This document shows, piece by piece, positions 24,790 to 38,654 of a stretch of DNA of 64,000 nucleotides (its first letter is position 1; each line of letters begins with the position of its first letter). The notes under the pieces were generated by a model. It ran no database searches. It worked only from the letters and a program-made list of their open reading frames with translations, and was not told where the DNA came from. The position numbers and the translations under genes are program-made. This DNA is from Macrostomum hystrix (taxonomy: Eukaryota; Animalia; Platyhelminthes). The stretch covers positions 992,001 through 1,056,000 of the forward strand of contig CATNEN010000035.1 in the NCBI GenBank assembly GCA_950097015.1, read 5' to 3'.

Positions 24790-27040
24790 AGGCTAGAATC
24801 GCAGCAAGAATCGCAGCTAGAATCGCACCAAGAATCGTAGATAGAATCGCAGCTAGAATCGCAGCAAGAATCGCAACAAGAACGGTAGCTAGAATCGCAG
24901 CAAGAATCGTAGCTAGAATCGCAGCAAGAATCGCAGCTATAATCGCAACTTGAATCGTAACTAGAATAGCAATAAGAATCGCGCATATAATCGAAGCTAG
25001 AATCGCAGCAAGACTCATAGCTAGAATCGCAGCTAGAATCGCAGCTAGAATCGCAGCTATAATCGCAACTTGAATCGTAACTAGAATAGCAATAAGAATC
25101 GCGCATATAATCGAAGCTAGAATCGCAGCAAGACTCGTAGCTAGAATCGCAGCTAGAATCGCAGCAAGAATCGCAGCTAGAATCGCACCAAGAATCGTAG
25201 ATAGAATCGCAGCTAGAATCGCAGCAAGAATCGCAACAAGAACGGTAGCTAGAATCGCAGCAAGAATCGTAGCTAGAATCGCAGCAAGAATCGCAGCTAT
25301 AATCGCAACTTGAATCGTAACTAGAATAGCAATAAGAATCGCGCATATAATCGAAGCTAGAATCGCAGCAAGACTCATAGCTAGAATCGCAGCTAGAATC
25401 GCAGCTAGAATCGCAGCTAGAATCGCAACTTGAATCGTAACTAGAATAGCAATAAGAATCGCGCATATAATCGAAGCTAGAATCGCAGCAAGACTCATAG
25501 CTAGAATCGCAGCTAGAATCGCAGCTAGAATCGCAGCTATAATCGCAACTTGAATCGTAACTAGAATAGCAATAAGAATCGCGCATATAATCGAAGCTAG
25601 AATCGCAGCAAGACTCGTAGCTAGAATCGCAGCTAGAATCGCAGCAAGAATCGCAGCTAGAATCGCACCAAGAATCGTAGATAGAATCGCAGCTAGAATC
25701 GCAGCAAGAATCGCAACAAGAACGGTAGCTAGAATCGCAGCAAGAATCGTAGCTAGAATCGCAGCAAGAATCGCAGCTATAATCGCAACTTGAATCGTAA
25801 CTAGAATAGCAATAAGAATCGCGCATATAATCGAAGCTAGAATCGCAGCAAGACTCATAGCTAGAATCGCAGCTAGAATCGCAGCTAGAATCGCAGCTAT
25901 AATCGCAACTTGAATCGTAACTAGAATAGCAATAAGAATCGCGCATATAATCGAAGCTAGAATCGCAGCAAGACTCGTAGCTAGAATCGCAGCTAGAATC
26001 GCAGCAAGAATCGCAGCTAGAATCGCACCAAGAATCGTAGATAGAATCGCAGCTAGAATCGCAGCAAGAATCGCAACAAGAACGGTAGCTAGAATCGCAG
26101 CAAGAATCGTAGCTAGAATCGCAGCAAGAATCGCAGCTATAATCGCAACTTGAATCGTAACTAGAATAGCAATAAGAATCGCGCATATAATCGAAGCTAG
26201 AATCGCAGCAAGACTCATAGCTAGAATCGCAGCTAGAATCGCAGCTAGAATCGCAGCTAGAATCGCAACTTGAATCGTAACTAGAATAGCAATAAGAATC
26301 GCGCATATAATCGAAGCTAGAATCGCAGCAAGACTCGTAGCTAGAATTGCAGCAAGAATCGCAACAAGAACGGTAGCGAGAATCGCAGCAAGAATTGTAG
26401 CTAGAATAGCAGCAAGAATCGCAGCAAGAATCGCAGCTAGAATCGGAGCTAGAGTAGCAATAAGAATCGCAGCAAGAATCGCAACAAGAACGGTAGCGAG
26501 AATCGCAGCAAGAATCGTAGCTAGAATCGCAGCTAGAATCGCAGCTACAATCGCAGCTAGAATCGCAGCAAGAATCGCAACAAGAACGGTAGCGAGAATC
26601 GCAGCAAGAATCGTAGCTAGAATCGCAGCAAGAATCGCAGCAAGAATCGCAGCAAGAATCGCAGCTAGAATCGCAGCAAGAATCGCAACAAGAACGGTAG
26701 CGAGAATCGCAGCAAGAATCGTAGCTAGAATCGCAGCAAGAATCGCAGCAAGAATCGCAGCTAGAATCGGAGCTAGAGTAGCAATAAGAATTGTAGTAAG
26801 AATCGCAACAAGAACCGTAGCTAGAATCGCAGCAAGAATCGTAGCTAGAATCGCAGCAAGAATCGCAGCTAGAATCGCAGCAGGAATCTTAGATAGAATC
26901 GCAGCAAGAATCGCAGCAAGAATCGCAGCAAGAATCGCAGCAAGAATCGCAGCAAGAATCGCAGCAAGAATCGCAGCAAGAATCGCAGCAAGAATCGCAG
27001 CAAGAATCGCAGCAAGAATCGCAGCAAGAATCTTAGATAG
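24790..27040. repeat. 12-bp satellite (AGAATCGCAGC[T/A]) with 120/360-bp higher-order repeat
   Basis: Marker ACTCATAGC at ~25012, 25372, 25492, 25852 and 26212 (spacings 360, 120, 360, 360). Confidence 0.96.
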
Positions 27041-28014
27041 AATTGCAGCTAAGCATAGCTATATGTCCCTCCTGTGCTGGCAGTGTGTTCAATGTCGATA
27101 AAAAATTGAGCAATGAAGCGAACCAGTTCGTGTTTCTGCCCCCAGGGGTGATGATGGGGTGGGCGGCACTTTTCCTATTTTTCGCAACTCTCAATTTTTG
27201 CTGCCGAGACTGGAAGGACTCTTCTGCTGCTGCTGCCTGACTTGGATGTAGAAGATAAAAAACATATATTGGCGTATGTGTTGTGGTTTCACCCTCTACC
27301 ATTCAGTTGTCTGAGTAGATTCTAAAGTTTCTAAAGAGAAGAAAAAAACTGATTTGTAAGAAATGTCTCAAAACATTTGCGTGACTTCAACAAAATGATA
27401 AATAGTTTTGGTCCACTTCATAAAAATGAGTTCCGTGTAACTTCTAATTCAATAGATTTCTATTGAGCTGTAACTCCATTGTCAATTTACCAGTTGTGTT
27501 GCAACACAATAGACACTTGACAATCTCCACCACCACAACAGTGGACATCCGCAATGCCCCTCATGGAGAAGCGAATTTAAAATTTTCTTTTCTGCAGTCG
27601 ATAAATTAATTTTTTTCATGGCATTAATGACGTGAGCAGTTGTACTTGAGATTGATACAATCTTTGAGCACAATGCTCAGCTCAAAGAAAAAATGTTTTT
27701 GCTAGTTTAGAATTGTTGTTTCTAAAATATTTATTTTGTACCGAATTACATCATGTCCGTGTGTTTATGTGGGCCTTAATTTAAGCCAAATAAGTGAACT
27801 GCAGTTAAATAATAATGTGTTACAAAAATGCTTGTAGAAATGGTTCTTAAAATCTTGATACACGCTTTAAAAAGACAAGAACACCGGATAATGATAAGTT
27901 GTGAGCCAGAAAACTGCATCCGAACAGTCCGCTGACAGCTGAAAAATGTGGAAAAATGATTTATTGCTTTTCGCCACTATAGTAAAGATAAGATGAAACT
28001 ACAAGGCGAAGTGA

Positions 28015-31000
28015 TTCCATTCAAGCTACTATTCAAGCAAACTTTTACGCTACCATTTCATCTATCATTTCATCTACCATTTCATCTACCATTCAAGCTA
28101 ACATTCAAGCTACAATTCAAGCTACCATTTCATCTACCATTCAAGCTACCATTCAAGCTACAACTCAAGCTACCATTCAAGCTACAATTCAAGCTACCAT
28201 TTCATCTACCATTCAAGCTACCATTCAAGCTACCATTTCAACTACCATTCAAGCTACCATTTTAACTACAATTCAAGCTACCATTTTAACTACAATTCAA
28301 GCTACCATTCAAGCTACCATTTCATCTACCATTCAAGCTACCATTCAAGCTACCATTCAAGCTACCATTCAAGCTACCATTTTAACTACAATTCAAGCTA
28401 CCATTTTAACTACAATTCAAGCTACCATTTTAACTACAATTCAGGCTACCATTTTAACTACAATTCAGGCTACCATTTTAACTACAATTCAAGCTACCAT
28501 TTCATCTACAATTCAAGCTACCATTCAAGCTACCATTCAAGCTACCATTCAAGCTACCATTTTAACTACAATTCAAGCTACCATTTTAACTACAATTCAG
28601 GCTACCATTTTAACTACCATTCAGGCTACCATTTTAACTACAATTCAGGCTACCATTTTAACTACAATTCAAGCTACCATTCAAGCTACCATTTTAACTA
28701 CAATTCAAGCTACCATTTTAACTACAATTCAAGCCACCATTTTAACTACAATTCAAGCTACCATTTTAACTACAATTCAGGCTACCATTTTAACTACAAT
28801 TCAAGCTACCATTCAAGCTACAATTCAAGCTACCATTTCATCTACAATTCAAGCTACCATTTCATCTACAATTCAAGCTACCATTTCATCTACAATTCAA
28901 GCTACCATTTCATCTACCATTTCATCTACCATTCAAGCTACCATTTCAACTACCATTCAAGCTACCATTTTAACTACAATTCAAGCTACCATTTCAACTA
29001 CCATTCAAGCTACCATTTTAACTACAATTCAAGCTACCATTTTAACTACAATTCAAGCTACCATTTTAACTACAATTCAAGCTACCATTAAAGCTACCAT
29101 TTTAACTACAATTCAAGCTACCATTTCATCTACAATTCAAGCTACCATTTCATCTACCATTCAAGCTACCATTCAAGCTACCATTCAAGCTACCATTCAA
29201 GCTACCATTTTAACTAACATTCAAGCTACCATTTAATCTACAATTCAAGCTACCATTTCATCTACAATTCAAGCTACCATTTCATCTACCATTCAAGCTA
29301 CCATTCAAGCTACCATTTTAACTAACATTCAAGCTACCATTTTAACTACAATTCAAGCTACCATTTCATCTACAATTCAAGCTACCATTTCATCTACCAT
29401 TCAAGCTACCATTCAAGCTACAATTCAAGCTACAATTCAAGCTACCATTCAAGCTACCATTTCATTTACAATTCAAGCTACCATTCAAGCTACCATTTTA
29501 ACTACAATTCAAGCTACCATTCAAGCTACCATTTCATCTACCATTCAAGCTACCATTTAAGCTACCATTTCATCTACCATTTCATCTATCATTTCATCTA
29601 CCATTCAGGCTACCATTTCATCTACCATTTCAACTGCCATTTCATCTACCATTTCAACTACCATTCAAGCTACCATTTTAACTACAATTCAAGCTACCAT
29701 TTCAACTACCATTCAAGCTACCATTTTAGCTACAATTCAAGCTACCATTTTAACTACAATTCAAGCTACCATTTTAACTACAATTCAAGCTACCATTCAA
29801 GCTACCATTTTAACTACAATTCAAGCTACCATTTAATCTACAATTCAAGCTACCATTTCATCTACAATTCAAGCTACCATTTCATCTACCATTCAAGCTA
29901 CCATTCAAGCTACCATTTTAACTAACATTCAAGCTACCATTTTAACTACAATTCAAGCTACCATTTCATCTACAATTCAAGCTACCATTTCATCTACCAT
30001 TCAAGCTACCATTCAAGCTACAATTCAAGCTACCATTCAAGCCACAATTCAAGCTACCATTCAAGCTACAATTCAAGCTACCATTTCATTTACAATTCAA
30101 GCTACCATTCAAGCTACCATTTTAACTACAATTCAAGCTACCATTCAAGCTACCATTTCATCTACCATTCAAGCTACCATTTAAGCTACCATTTCATCTA
30201 CCATTTCATCTACCATTTCATCTACCATTCAAGCTACCATTTCATCTACCATTTCAACTGCCATTTCATCTACCATTTCAACTACCATTCAAGCTACCAT
30301 TTAAAATAAAATTCAAGCTACCATTCAAGCTACAATTCAAGCCACCATTCAAGCTACAATTCAAGCTACCATTCAAGCTACCATTTCATCTACAATTCAA
30401 GCTACCATTCAAGCTACCATTTTAACTACAATTCAAGCTACCATTCAAGCTACCATTTCATCTACCATTCAAGCTACCATTCAAGCTACCATTTCATCTA
30501 CCATTTCATCTATCATTTCATCTACCATTCAAGCTACCATTTAAAATAAAATTCAAGCTACTATTCAAGCCAATTTTTAAGCTACCATTTCATCTATCAT
30601 TTCATCTACCATTCAGGCTACCATTTCATCTACCATTTCATCTACCATTCAAGCTACCATTTCATCTACCATTCAAGCTACCATTTAAGCTACCATTTCA
30701 TCTCCCATTCAAGCTACCATTTAAGCTACCATTTAAGCTACCATTCAAGCTACCATTTAAGCTACCATTCAAGCTACCATTCAAGCTACCATTTCAACTA
30801 CCATTCAAGCTACCATTCAAGCTACCATTCAAGCTACCATTTCAACCACCATTCAAGCTACCATTTCAACTACCATTCAAGCAACCATTTAAGCTACCAT
30901 TTAAAATAAAATTTAAGCTATCATTTAAGCTTCCATTCAACCTACCGTTCAAGCTACCATTTAAGCTACAATTTAAGCTACCATTCAAGCTACCATTCAA

Positions 31001-31030
31001 GCACCATTTAAGCTACCATTTCAACTACCA
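28015..31030. repeat. 12-bp satellite (CCATTCAAGCTA and variants), ~250 copies
   Basis: Direct reading; 4-aa period (KLPF/HLPF) in the ORF track. Confidence 0.97.
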
Positions 31031-32390
31031 TTCGCAATCGGCCATTCGCTTCCTTACAATTTTAAGCGAACAATGTCCTACGCCTGTAGTCGGCGCAGCT
31101 ATAAAGGGGAAGCGTATTAAACTCGGCCGCCACAAAAGACGTGGGATGACTAGGCCAGGAATTTCAGTCGTGGAAGAATTCCCACCAAGTTTTCAAGGGG
31201 TCAGAGATGCCAGGCAATTGATAATAATTCTTGTGCACATTCGCAGCTTCCCATAAACTGTCGTCAAAGTTGATTGCGTCACAACTGAGAGTCCGCCTTT
31301 AATCTACACCGCGAATGGCAAATCGAAGCTAAGGCAAGCACATGTCTTACACAGCTTTCAGTTAAACGTTTTTCTATACATATCGGTATAATTCCACTTT
31401 TTCATCGCCTGAAAGGTATATGAACTCGAATCCGCAGTACAGGCTTATTGATTTTGGGTTTCTTGTGTAATTTTCGTCACGAGGACCAAACCTCAAATCG
31501 ATGCATCTGTGCATGATTCATAAAGCAAGCAAAGTGTTTTCGATACATATCGGCAATAGGGAATCACAGCTACAGATCAGATTTATTCCCCCGGGACAGA
31601 GACGCCTCCAAACCACATGGGCTTTGAAAACCTGTAGCCATGCAGATCCAGAACCCAGCGTCAGTGAGAATTCCGTACCAGATCATCTTCGCAATCTCAA
31701 CCGAATCCCAGTAACCCGGCTGGATTGGATCGCTCAGTCAAATTTGCCGACACTGATCAGGAGTCCAGCCAAGCATCCAATTAAAGAAAAAGTGCCGCCA
31801 TGCAAGAACAGGTTTCGTTTCGCAAGAAAATGAAAAAATGCATTCGTTTTTGACGATGAAACCGAATGTTACTACTGATGTCTTCGATTGTAAGTAGTTT
31901 ATTTCACAAAATTCGCGCCAATTCTCGTAATTCGTTGTCAATAGAGTAAGTTTTTCATATAAAGGTCAAGGACAACTTAATAACTCTTAATGGTTCTTGA
32001 CACCAGACACCCCCGACGAGAATCGTTGAATATCTCGACGATGTTTTGCGATTCTGGAAGTTGTCTTATCGGAGCGGAAAATTTGAACCCGTGTTCAAGA
32101 TTTTCATGGCGATCGGTTGAATATTCTGGGAGATACAGAAAAAACGTGGGTATAAAAAATACTCCCATGGCCTTATAATAATAGTAATTTCAGGAGGGCT
32201 GCGGGCAGTGGCACATCATTTGGTGACACTAGACCCGCAGCCAGCGAGCAGGCAATTCATTTGCCCATTTCGCTGACTCCTGAGCACACACGCACACAGA
32301 TACTGTACTCAGGTATACGCTAACACAGGTGTGTACATCTGCCCTGACCTTCTCATCGTCAGGCAGTGTAAAATTCACTGCGCCTATGAG

Positions 32391-32539
32391 GTTGGCCCTC
32401 AATGGCGTAAATTGCACGACAAGCCCCCAAGCCTTCTCTCCGCGGCTGCGCCCAAATAAATGTGGCCTCGCCGTGGAATCGAACTTAGGGACCTTGGTGC
32501 GAGAGGCAAACGCGTTAACCGCTCTGCCACCGACTCCCC
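32391..32539 (-). mobile_element. tRNA-derived SINE copy A (downstream of the NPDC1-like stop codon)
   Basis: Minus strand has A box TGGCAGAGCGG and B-box-like AGTTCGATTCC. Near-identical over ~150 bp to 54814-54962. T arm and acceptor stem do not pair, so it is not a functional tRNA. Confidence 0.8.
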
Positions 32540-32609
32540 TCCCATGGCTTTTCTACTGTTAAATGAGACAATAATACTTGAAAGTATGAGTTTGAGTACA
32601 GTTTTGGTA

Positions 32610-35600
32610 TTACTCTTCATCGCTCGACGGACCGGCGAAGATAGGGTTGTTCACTTCCAAGCCGCTGGTCTGTGGGAAGCAGTTGGGGTAGGAGTTAATT
32701 CGGGCAGATAAATAGTCACAGCTGCGAAAGTCATCAGGTGTTTAATTGAATCTAAGCTTCTTAATTAAGAGTATATTCCTGAAAACATACCGAGCCTAGG
32801 CCGGGACAGCCATAGACATTCTGGTCTTCCTGGTCTGAGTCGTCCTCTTCTTGAATTGGCGACTTCGATGAGCCTGCAGACCTTTGGGGATAATTTTATA
32901 GGGTTTGGACGATTGGACGGGATAATTTTAGGTGGGAATAATGGGATTAATGATGCATAGAACTTCAACGAACTATGTATGGTTCCTAGGATTAGTGATT
33001 TTATGATAGGATTAGTAATTTCATGATAGGATTAGCGATTTCATGATAGGATTAGTAATTTCATGATAGGATTAGCGATTTCATGATAGGATTAGTAATT
33101 TCATGATAAGATTTTGCGATTTCATGAAAGGACTAGCGATTTCATGATAGGATTAGCGATTTCATCATACTCGTTGGATTAGCGATTTCATGATAGGATT
33201 AGCGATTTCATCATACTCGTAGGATTGGCGATTTCATGATAGGATTAGCGATTACATGATAGGATTAGCGATTTCATGATAGGATTAGCGATTTCATGAT
33301 AGGATTAGCGATTTCATGATAGGATTAGCGATTTCATGATAGGATTAGAGATTTCATGATAGGATTAGCGATTTCATGATAGGATTAGCGATTTCATCAT
33401 ACTCGTAGGATTAGAGATTTCATGATAGGATTAGCGATTTCATCATACTCGTAGGATTAGCGATTTCATGATAGGATTAGCGTTTTCATGATAGGATTAG
33501 CGATTACATGATAGGATTAGCGATTACATGATAGGATTAGCGATTTCATGATAGGATTAGCGATTTCATGATAGGATTAGCGATTTCATGATAGGATTAG
33601 AGATTAAATGATAGGATTAGCGATTTCATGATAGGATTAGCGATTTCATGATAGGATTAGCGATTTCATGATAGGATTAGCGTTTTCATGATAGGATTAG
33701 CGATTACATGATAGGATTAGCGATTACATGATAGGATTAGCGATTTCATGATAGGATTAGCGATTTCATGATAGGATTAGAGATTAAATGATAGGCTTAG
33801 CGATTTAAATTAAAGGATTAGCGATTACATGATAGGATTAGCGGTTTCATGATAGGATTAGCGATTATATGATAGGATTAGTGATATCATGATAGGATTA
33901 GCGATTTCAATGAAAGGATTAGTAGGCTAAACTAGGATCAATACTAACACCAAGGGAAGAACAATGAACTATAACACAATTAACATTGATTAACAAGTTA
34001 AGGATTAATGATATAAGGTTAGTCAAAACTCTAGGATAGTATTATCTATATTATTATAAATTATGATAAATTGGGTTCAGGATTAGGGTCACCATGAAAT
34101 GCTGAAATGCAAGTCTTAGCAAAAGATACAGCTAAATTTATTATGAAGAATTCACTTGTGCCTAAAACTCGCAGCAATATTCTGCTTCTGCCGCTGATAG
34201 TAGGCCTTCTGCGCATGCACAGCCAATTTTGTGTCGCCTGCCACGGCGGCACCGCCTCCGCCGCCGCCGCTACGGCCGCTATCGCTGCTGCCTCGGCTGC
34301 TGAAGACAAACGGCTGCCTGCCTGTCGGGTCATTGCGATCTGCCGCTCGAAGCGCGGCTGAGTATCTGGGGAGCAAGTGAAACAAGGCTTAGCAACAATC
34401 AGCAATCATTTTAATCCAATAATTCAAGTGAAACAAGGCTTAGCAACAATCAGCAATCATTTTAATCCAATAATTCAAGGGAAACAAGGCTTAGCAACAA
34501 TCAGCAATCATTTTAATCCAATAATTCAAGTGAAACAAGGCATAGCAACAATCAGCAATCATTTTAATCCAATAATTCAAGGGAAACAAGGCTTAGCAAA
34601 AATCAGCAATCATTGTCAGAAATTTCTGACACTTTCTAGAGTCCTGAGATAGTAATAAGAATTAAATAGTTTCTAGCGGGAATCGAACCCACGACCTTCT
34701 TTTCACTAGCCACCGTCACAGGCGTTAGGCTAAACTACCCCACGGATATATGTGATACGAAATCTTACTTAAGCTAAAGACTAGTCTTGCATTCTTTTTC
34801 AAGTACGAAATTAAATTATGCAATAGAAATTTTCTTACTTGTAGCAGAAAACGGACCCAGCAACGATTAAGGCGACCGCAATCAAGGTGAGAATCCCGAT
34901 GGCGACTGGAAGATCATTTAAGAAAAGTTGTCAAACATCCTAAGACCTGTCTAACATGTCAGTGACTTGTCAAACATGTCAGTGACTTGTCTAATATGTC
35001 AGTGACCTGTCTAACATGTCAGTGACCTGTCTAACAAGCTAGTGACCTGTCTAACATGTCAGTGACTTGTCAAACATGTCAGTGACTTGTCTAACATGTC
35101 AGTGACCTGTCTAACATGTCAGTGACCTGTCTAACATGTCAGTGACCTGTCTAACAAGCTAGTGACCTGTCTAACATGTCAGCGACCTGTCTATGTCTAA
35201 CAAGCTAGTGACCTGTCTAACAAGCTAGTGACATGGTCTAACATGCCAGTGACCTGTCTAACAAGCTAGTGACCTGGTCTAACATGTCAGTGACCTGTCT
35301 AACAAGCTAGTGACCTGTCTAACATGTCAGTGACCTGTCTAACAAGCTAGTGACCTGGTCTAACATGTCAGTGACTTGTCTAACAAGCTAGTGACCTGTC
35401 TAACAAGCTAGTGACCTGTCTAACAAGCTAGTGACCTGTCTAACAAGCTAGTGACCTGGTCTAACATGTCAGTGACCTGGTCTAACATGTCAGTGACCTG
35501 GTCTAACATGTCAGTGACCTGGTCTAACATGTCAGTGACCTGGTCTAACATGATCGGAGCACAAGATTGTTAAAAGCGCATGCACAGATATCCCCAACAC

Positions 35601-38160
35601 GAACAGCTGAATTCCTACCATAGACAGAAATCTCGCCGCCTGACACCTTTTGCTGACTCATCGTTGAGTGCCTCACGGGCAGCACATAGTCGGAGCTGGT
35701 CAGGAACTCCACGCCCCTGCTCTGCGGCTGAGCTGGAGCGGCTGGTGGGAATAAGATGGCAGATTCACTGCTTTAGAATCTCTCAAATCTCCTCGATCTA
35801 TCTCATCCCCTTTGTGGAAATCCCAGATCTTTCAGAATATCCCATTGTTCAGAACCTCGAACTGTTCAGAATCTGGCATCTCTGATGACATCCTACCAGC
35901 AGGAGGTCGCAAATCCTTCTGTTCAGCGGCAGCGGTGAAGTTTCCAGAATCCATAGCAACGTCCGTGGATTCAGAGGTCAGACGGTCAACGAGTGCCTCT
36001 TCAGTGGACGGTGTGGGACCCAGAGCTATGGAGAACACGCCTGCGATGACGGGTTGTTTGAGCAGTCTGCTTTTAAGCGGACTATTTTCGTATTCTTGAG
36101 TTTCTCATGTCACTCTGTAGTGTCTAGTGTCACAATGTAGTGTCTAGTGTCACTCTGTAGTGTCTCATGTCACTCTGTAGTGTCTAGTGTCACAATGTAG
36201 TGTCTAGTGTCACTCTGTAGTGTCTCATGTCACTCTGTAGTGTCTCATGTCACTCTGCAGTGTCTCATGTCACTCTGTAGTGTCTCATGTCACTCTGTAG
36301 TGTCAAATTTCACTCTGTAGTGTCTCATGTCACTCTGTATAGTGTCTCATGTCACTCTGTATAGTGTCTCATGTCACTCTGTAGTGTCTAATTTCACTCT
36401 GTAGTGTCTCATGTCACTCTGTAGTGTCTAATGTCACTCTGTAGTGTCTCATGTCACTCTGTAGTGTCTCAGTCACTCTGTAGTGTCTCATGTCACTCTG
36501 TAGTGTCTAATTTCACTCTGTAGTGTCTCATGTCACTCTGTATAGTGTCTCATGTCACTCTGTAGTGTCTAATTTCACTCTGTAGTGTCTCATGTCACTC
36601 TGTATAGTGTCTCATGTCACTCTGTAGTGTCTCATGTCACTCTGTAGTGTCTCATGTCACTCTGTAGTGTCTCATGTCACTCTGTAGTGTCTCATGTCAC
36701 TCTGTATAGTGTCTCATGTCACTCTGTAGTGTCTCATGTCACTCTGTAGTGTCTCATGTCACTCTGTATAGTGTCTCATGTCACTCTGTAGTGTCTAATT
36801 TCACTCTGTAGTGTCTCATGTCACTCTGTAGTGTCTAATGTCACTCTGTAGTGTCTCATGTCACTCTGTAGTGTCTCAGTCACTCTGTAGTGTCTCATGT
36901 CACTCTGTAGTGTCTAATTTCACTCTGTAGTGTCTCATGTCACTCTGTATAGTGTCTCATGTCACTCTGTAGTGTCTAATTTCACTCTGTAGTGTCTCAT
37001 GTCACTCTGTAGTGTCTCATGTCACTCTGTAGTGTCTCATGTCACTCTGTATAGTGTCTCATGTCACTCTGTAGTGTCTAATTTCACTCTGTAGTGTCTA
37101 GTGTCACAATGTGTCTCATGTCCCTCTGTAGCGTCTCATGTCACTCTGTAGTGTCTAATTTCACTCTGTAGTGTCTCATGTCACTCTGTAGTGTCTCATG
37201 TCACTCTGTAGTGTCTCATGTCACTCTGTAGTGTCTCGAGACACTCTGTGGTGTCTCATGTCACTCTGTAGTGTCTCATGTCACTCTGTAGTGTCTAATG
37301 TCACTCTGTAGTGTCTAGTGTCACAATGTGTCTCATGTCACTCTGTTGTGTCTAATGTCACTCTGTAGTGTCTCATGTCACTCTGTAGTGTCTCATGTCA
37401 CTCTGTAGTGTCTCATGTCACTCTGTATAGTGTCTCATGTCACTCTGTAGTGTCTCATGTCACTCTGTATAGTGTCTCATGTCACTCTGTAGTGTCTCAT
37501 GTCACTCTGTAGTGTCTCATGTCACTCTGTAGTGTCTAATGTCGCTCTGTAGTGTCTCATATCACTCTGTAGTGTCTCATGTCACTCTGTAGTGTCTCAT
37601 GTCACTCTGTAGTGTCTCATGTCACTCTGTAGTGTCTAATGTCACTCTGTAGTGTCTCAGTCACTCTGTAGTGTCTCATGTCACTCTGTAGTGTCTCATG
37701 TCACTCTGTAGTGTCTCATGTCACTCTGTAGTGTCTCATGTCACTCTGTAGTGTCTAGTGTCACAATGTGTCTCATGTCACTCTGTAGTGTCTCATGTCA
37801 CTCTGTAGTGTCTCATGTCACTCTGTAGTGTCTCATGTCACTCTGTAGTGTCTCATGTCACTCTGTAGTGTCTTATGTCACTCTGTAGTGTCTAGTGTCA
37901 CAATGTGTCTCATGTCCCTCTGTAGTGTCTCATGTCGCTCTGTAGTGTCTCATGTCACTCTGCAGTGTCTCATGAAATTCTGAATAGTCATGTGAATCAA
38001 AAATGGTCTCAAAAGTTGTCTTGCTAGCATGCAGTCTCTGATACGAGACCATCGGTCACTATTTTACTCTTAATATGCAAAATTTCAACAGAAACTCACA
38101 CTGAGTGACAGATGTCAGACAGCAGGTGAAGACAACTATGTCATAGCGTGCAGGACGCAT
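32610..38160 (-). CDS. NPDC1: NPDC1/CAB-1-like single-pass membrane protein (multi-exon)
   Basis: Phase-compatible GT-AG exons: ~36070-35897 (5' boundary uncertain), 35741-35619, 34905-34839 (TM: VAIGILTLIAVALIVAGSVFCY), 34365-34156 (GDTKLAVHAQKAYYQRQKQNIAASFRHK, cf. NPDC1 GDQRLAQSAEMYHYQHQRQQ), 32881-32791 and 32669-32610 (VYGCPGLGS|TSGLEVNNPIF, cf. VYECPGLAP-TGEMEVRNPLF). Putative signal-peptide exon 38160-38100 ends in GTGAGT; its join to the next exon is unresolved. Confidence 0.82.
32985..33920. repeat. 20-bp intronic minisatellite (GATTAGCGATTTCATGATAG)
   Basis: Direct reading; inside NPDC1-like intron 32882-34155. Confidence 0.96.
34377..34612. repeat. 51-bp intronic tandem repeat, ~4.6 copies
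   Basis: Units start at 34377, 34428, etc. Confidence 0.95.
34668..34742 (-). mobile_element. tRNA-like/SINE fragment with B box
   Basis: Minus strand GGTCGTGGGTTCGATTCCCCGC contains a canonical B box; no complete cloverleaf seen. Confidence 0.4.
34940..35552. repeat. 20-21-bp intronic minisatellite (GTGACCTGTCTAACATGTCA / ...AACAAGCTA)
   Basis: Direct reading; inside NPDC1-like intron 34906-35618. Confidence 0.96.
36100..37975. repeat. 20-bp minisatellite (GTCACTCTGTAGTGTCTCAT)
   Basis: Direct reading; lies between the putative first and second coding exons of the NPDC1-like gene. Confidence 0.97.
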
Positions 38161-38654
38161 TGCCAGGATTTGACTGAGAACTAAAAAACCAACCAGTTGT
38201 GAAGCAAGCAGAGCAGCACTGGATAACGGCGGCAAATGTGCTCAAATGTATAATGTGCTCAAATGCTAATCTGAATTCTCCTAGAATTTTGGGGGAGTTT
38301 ATAGAGAGGATTAGGAGGAGCAGGCCGTTATTCCCAGATCGACTGTGTGCTCGGTTCGACCCTACGAACAGGCGATCCCTACATGGGGATTATTATTATT
38401 TCTATCTGATCCCGAGGCTGGCCAGTCTGAAGCTTCCGGCGATTAACTGGATGAAGCCCGAACCCGGGAATATCTGTCATGGAATAGGCGACTGCAAACT
38501 GATGGAAGCACAAAAAATATTTTTCATCGATTTCTCTTCCATGGTTGCAAAGCTCGCAGTTTGATTAGCAACCTTTCGTTAGTGTGCTTAGCTATGCTTT
38601 GCGAAATAATATAGGATTAGCATAACAGTAACTAACTACTGATAGTAGGTGGTG

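Noticed and set aside
24743-26306. Overlapping AAIL-rich and CDSS-rich ORFs (antifreeze- or keratin-associated-like)
   Set aside because: Two frames of the same 12-bp satellite with no signal peptide or unique termini.
32391-32539. Functional tRNA gene
   Set aside because: Acceptor, anticodon and T stems fail to pair, and the sequence continues into a shared SINE body.
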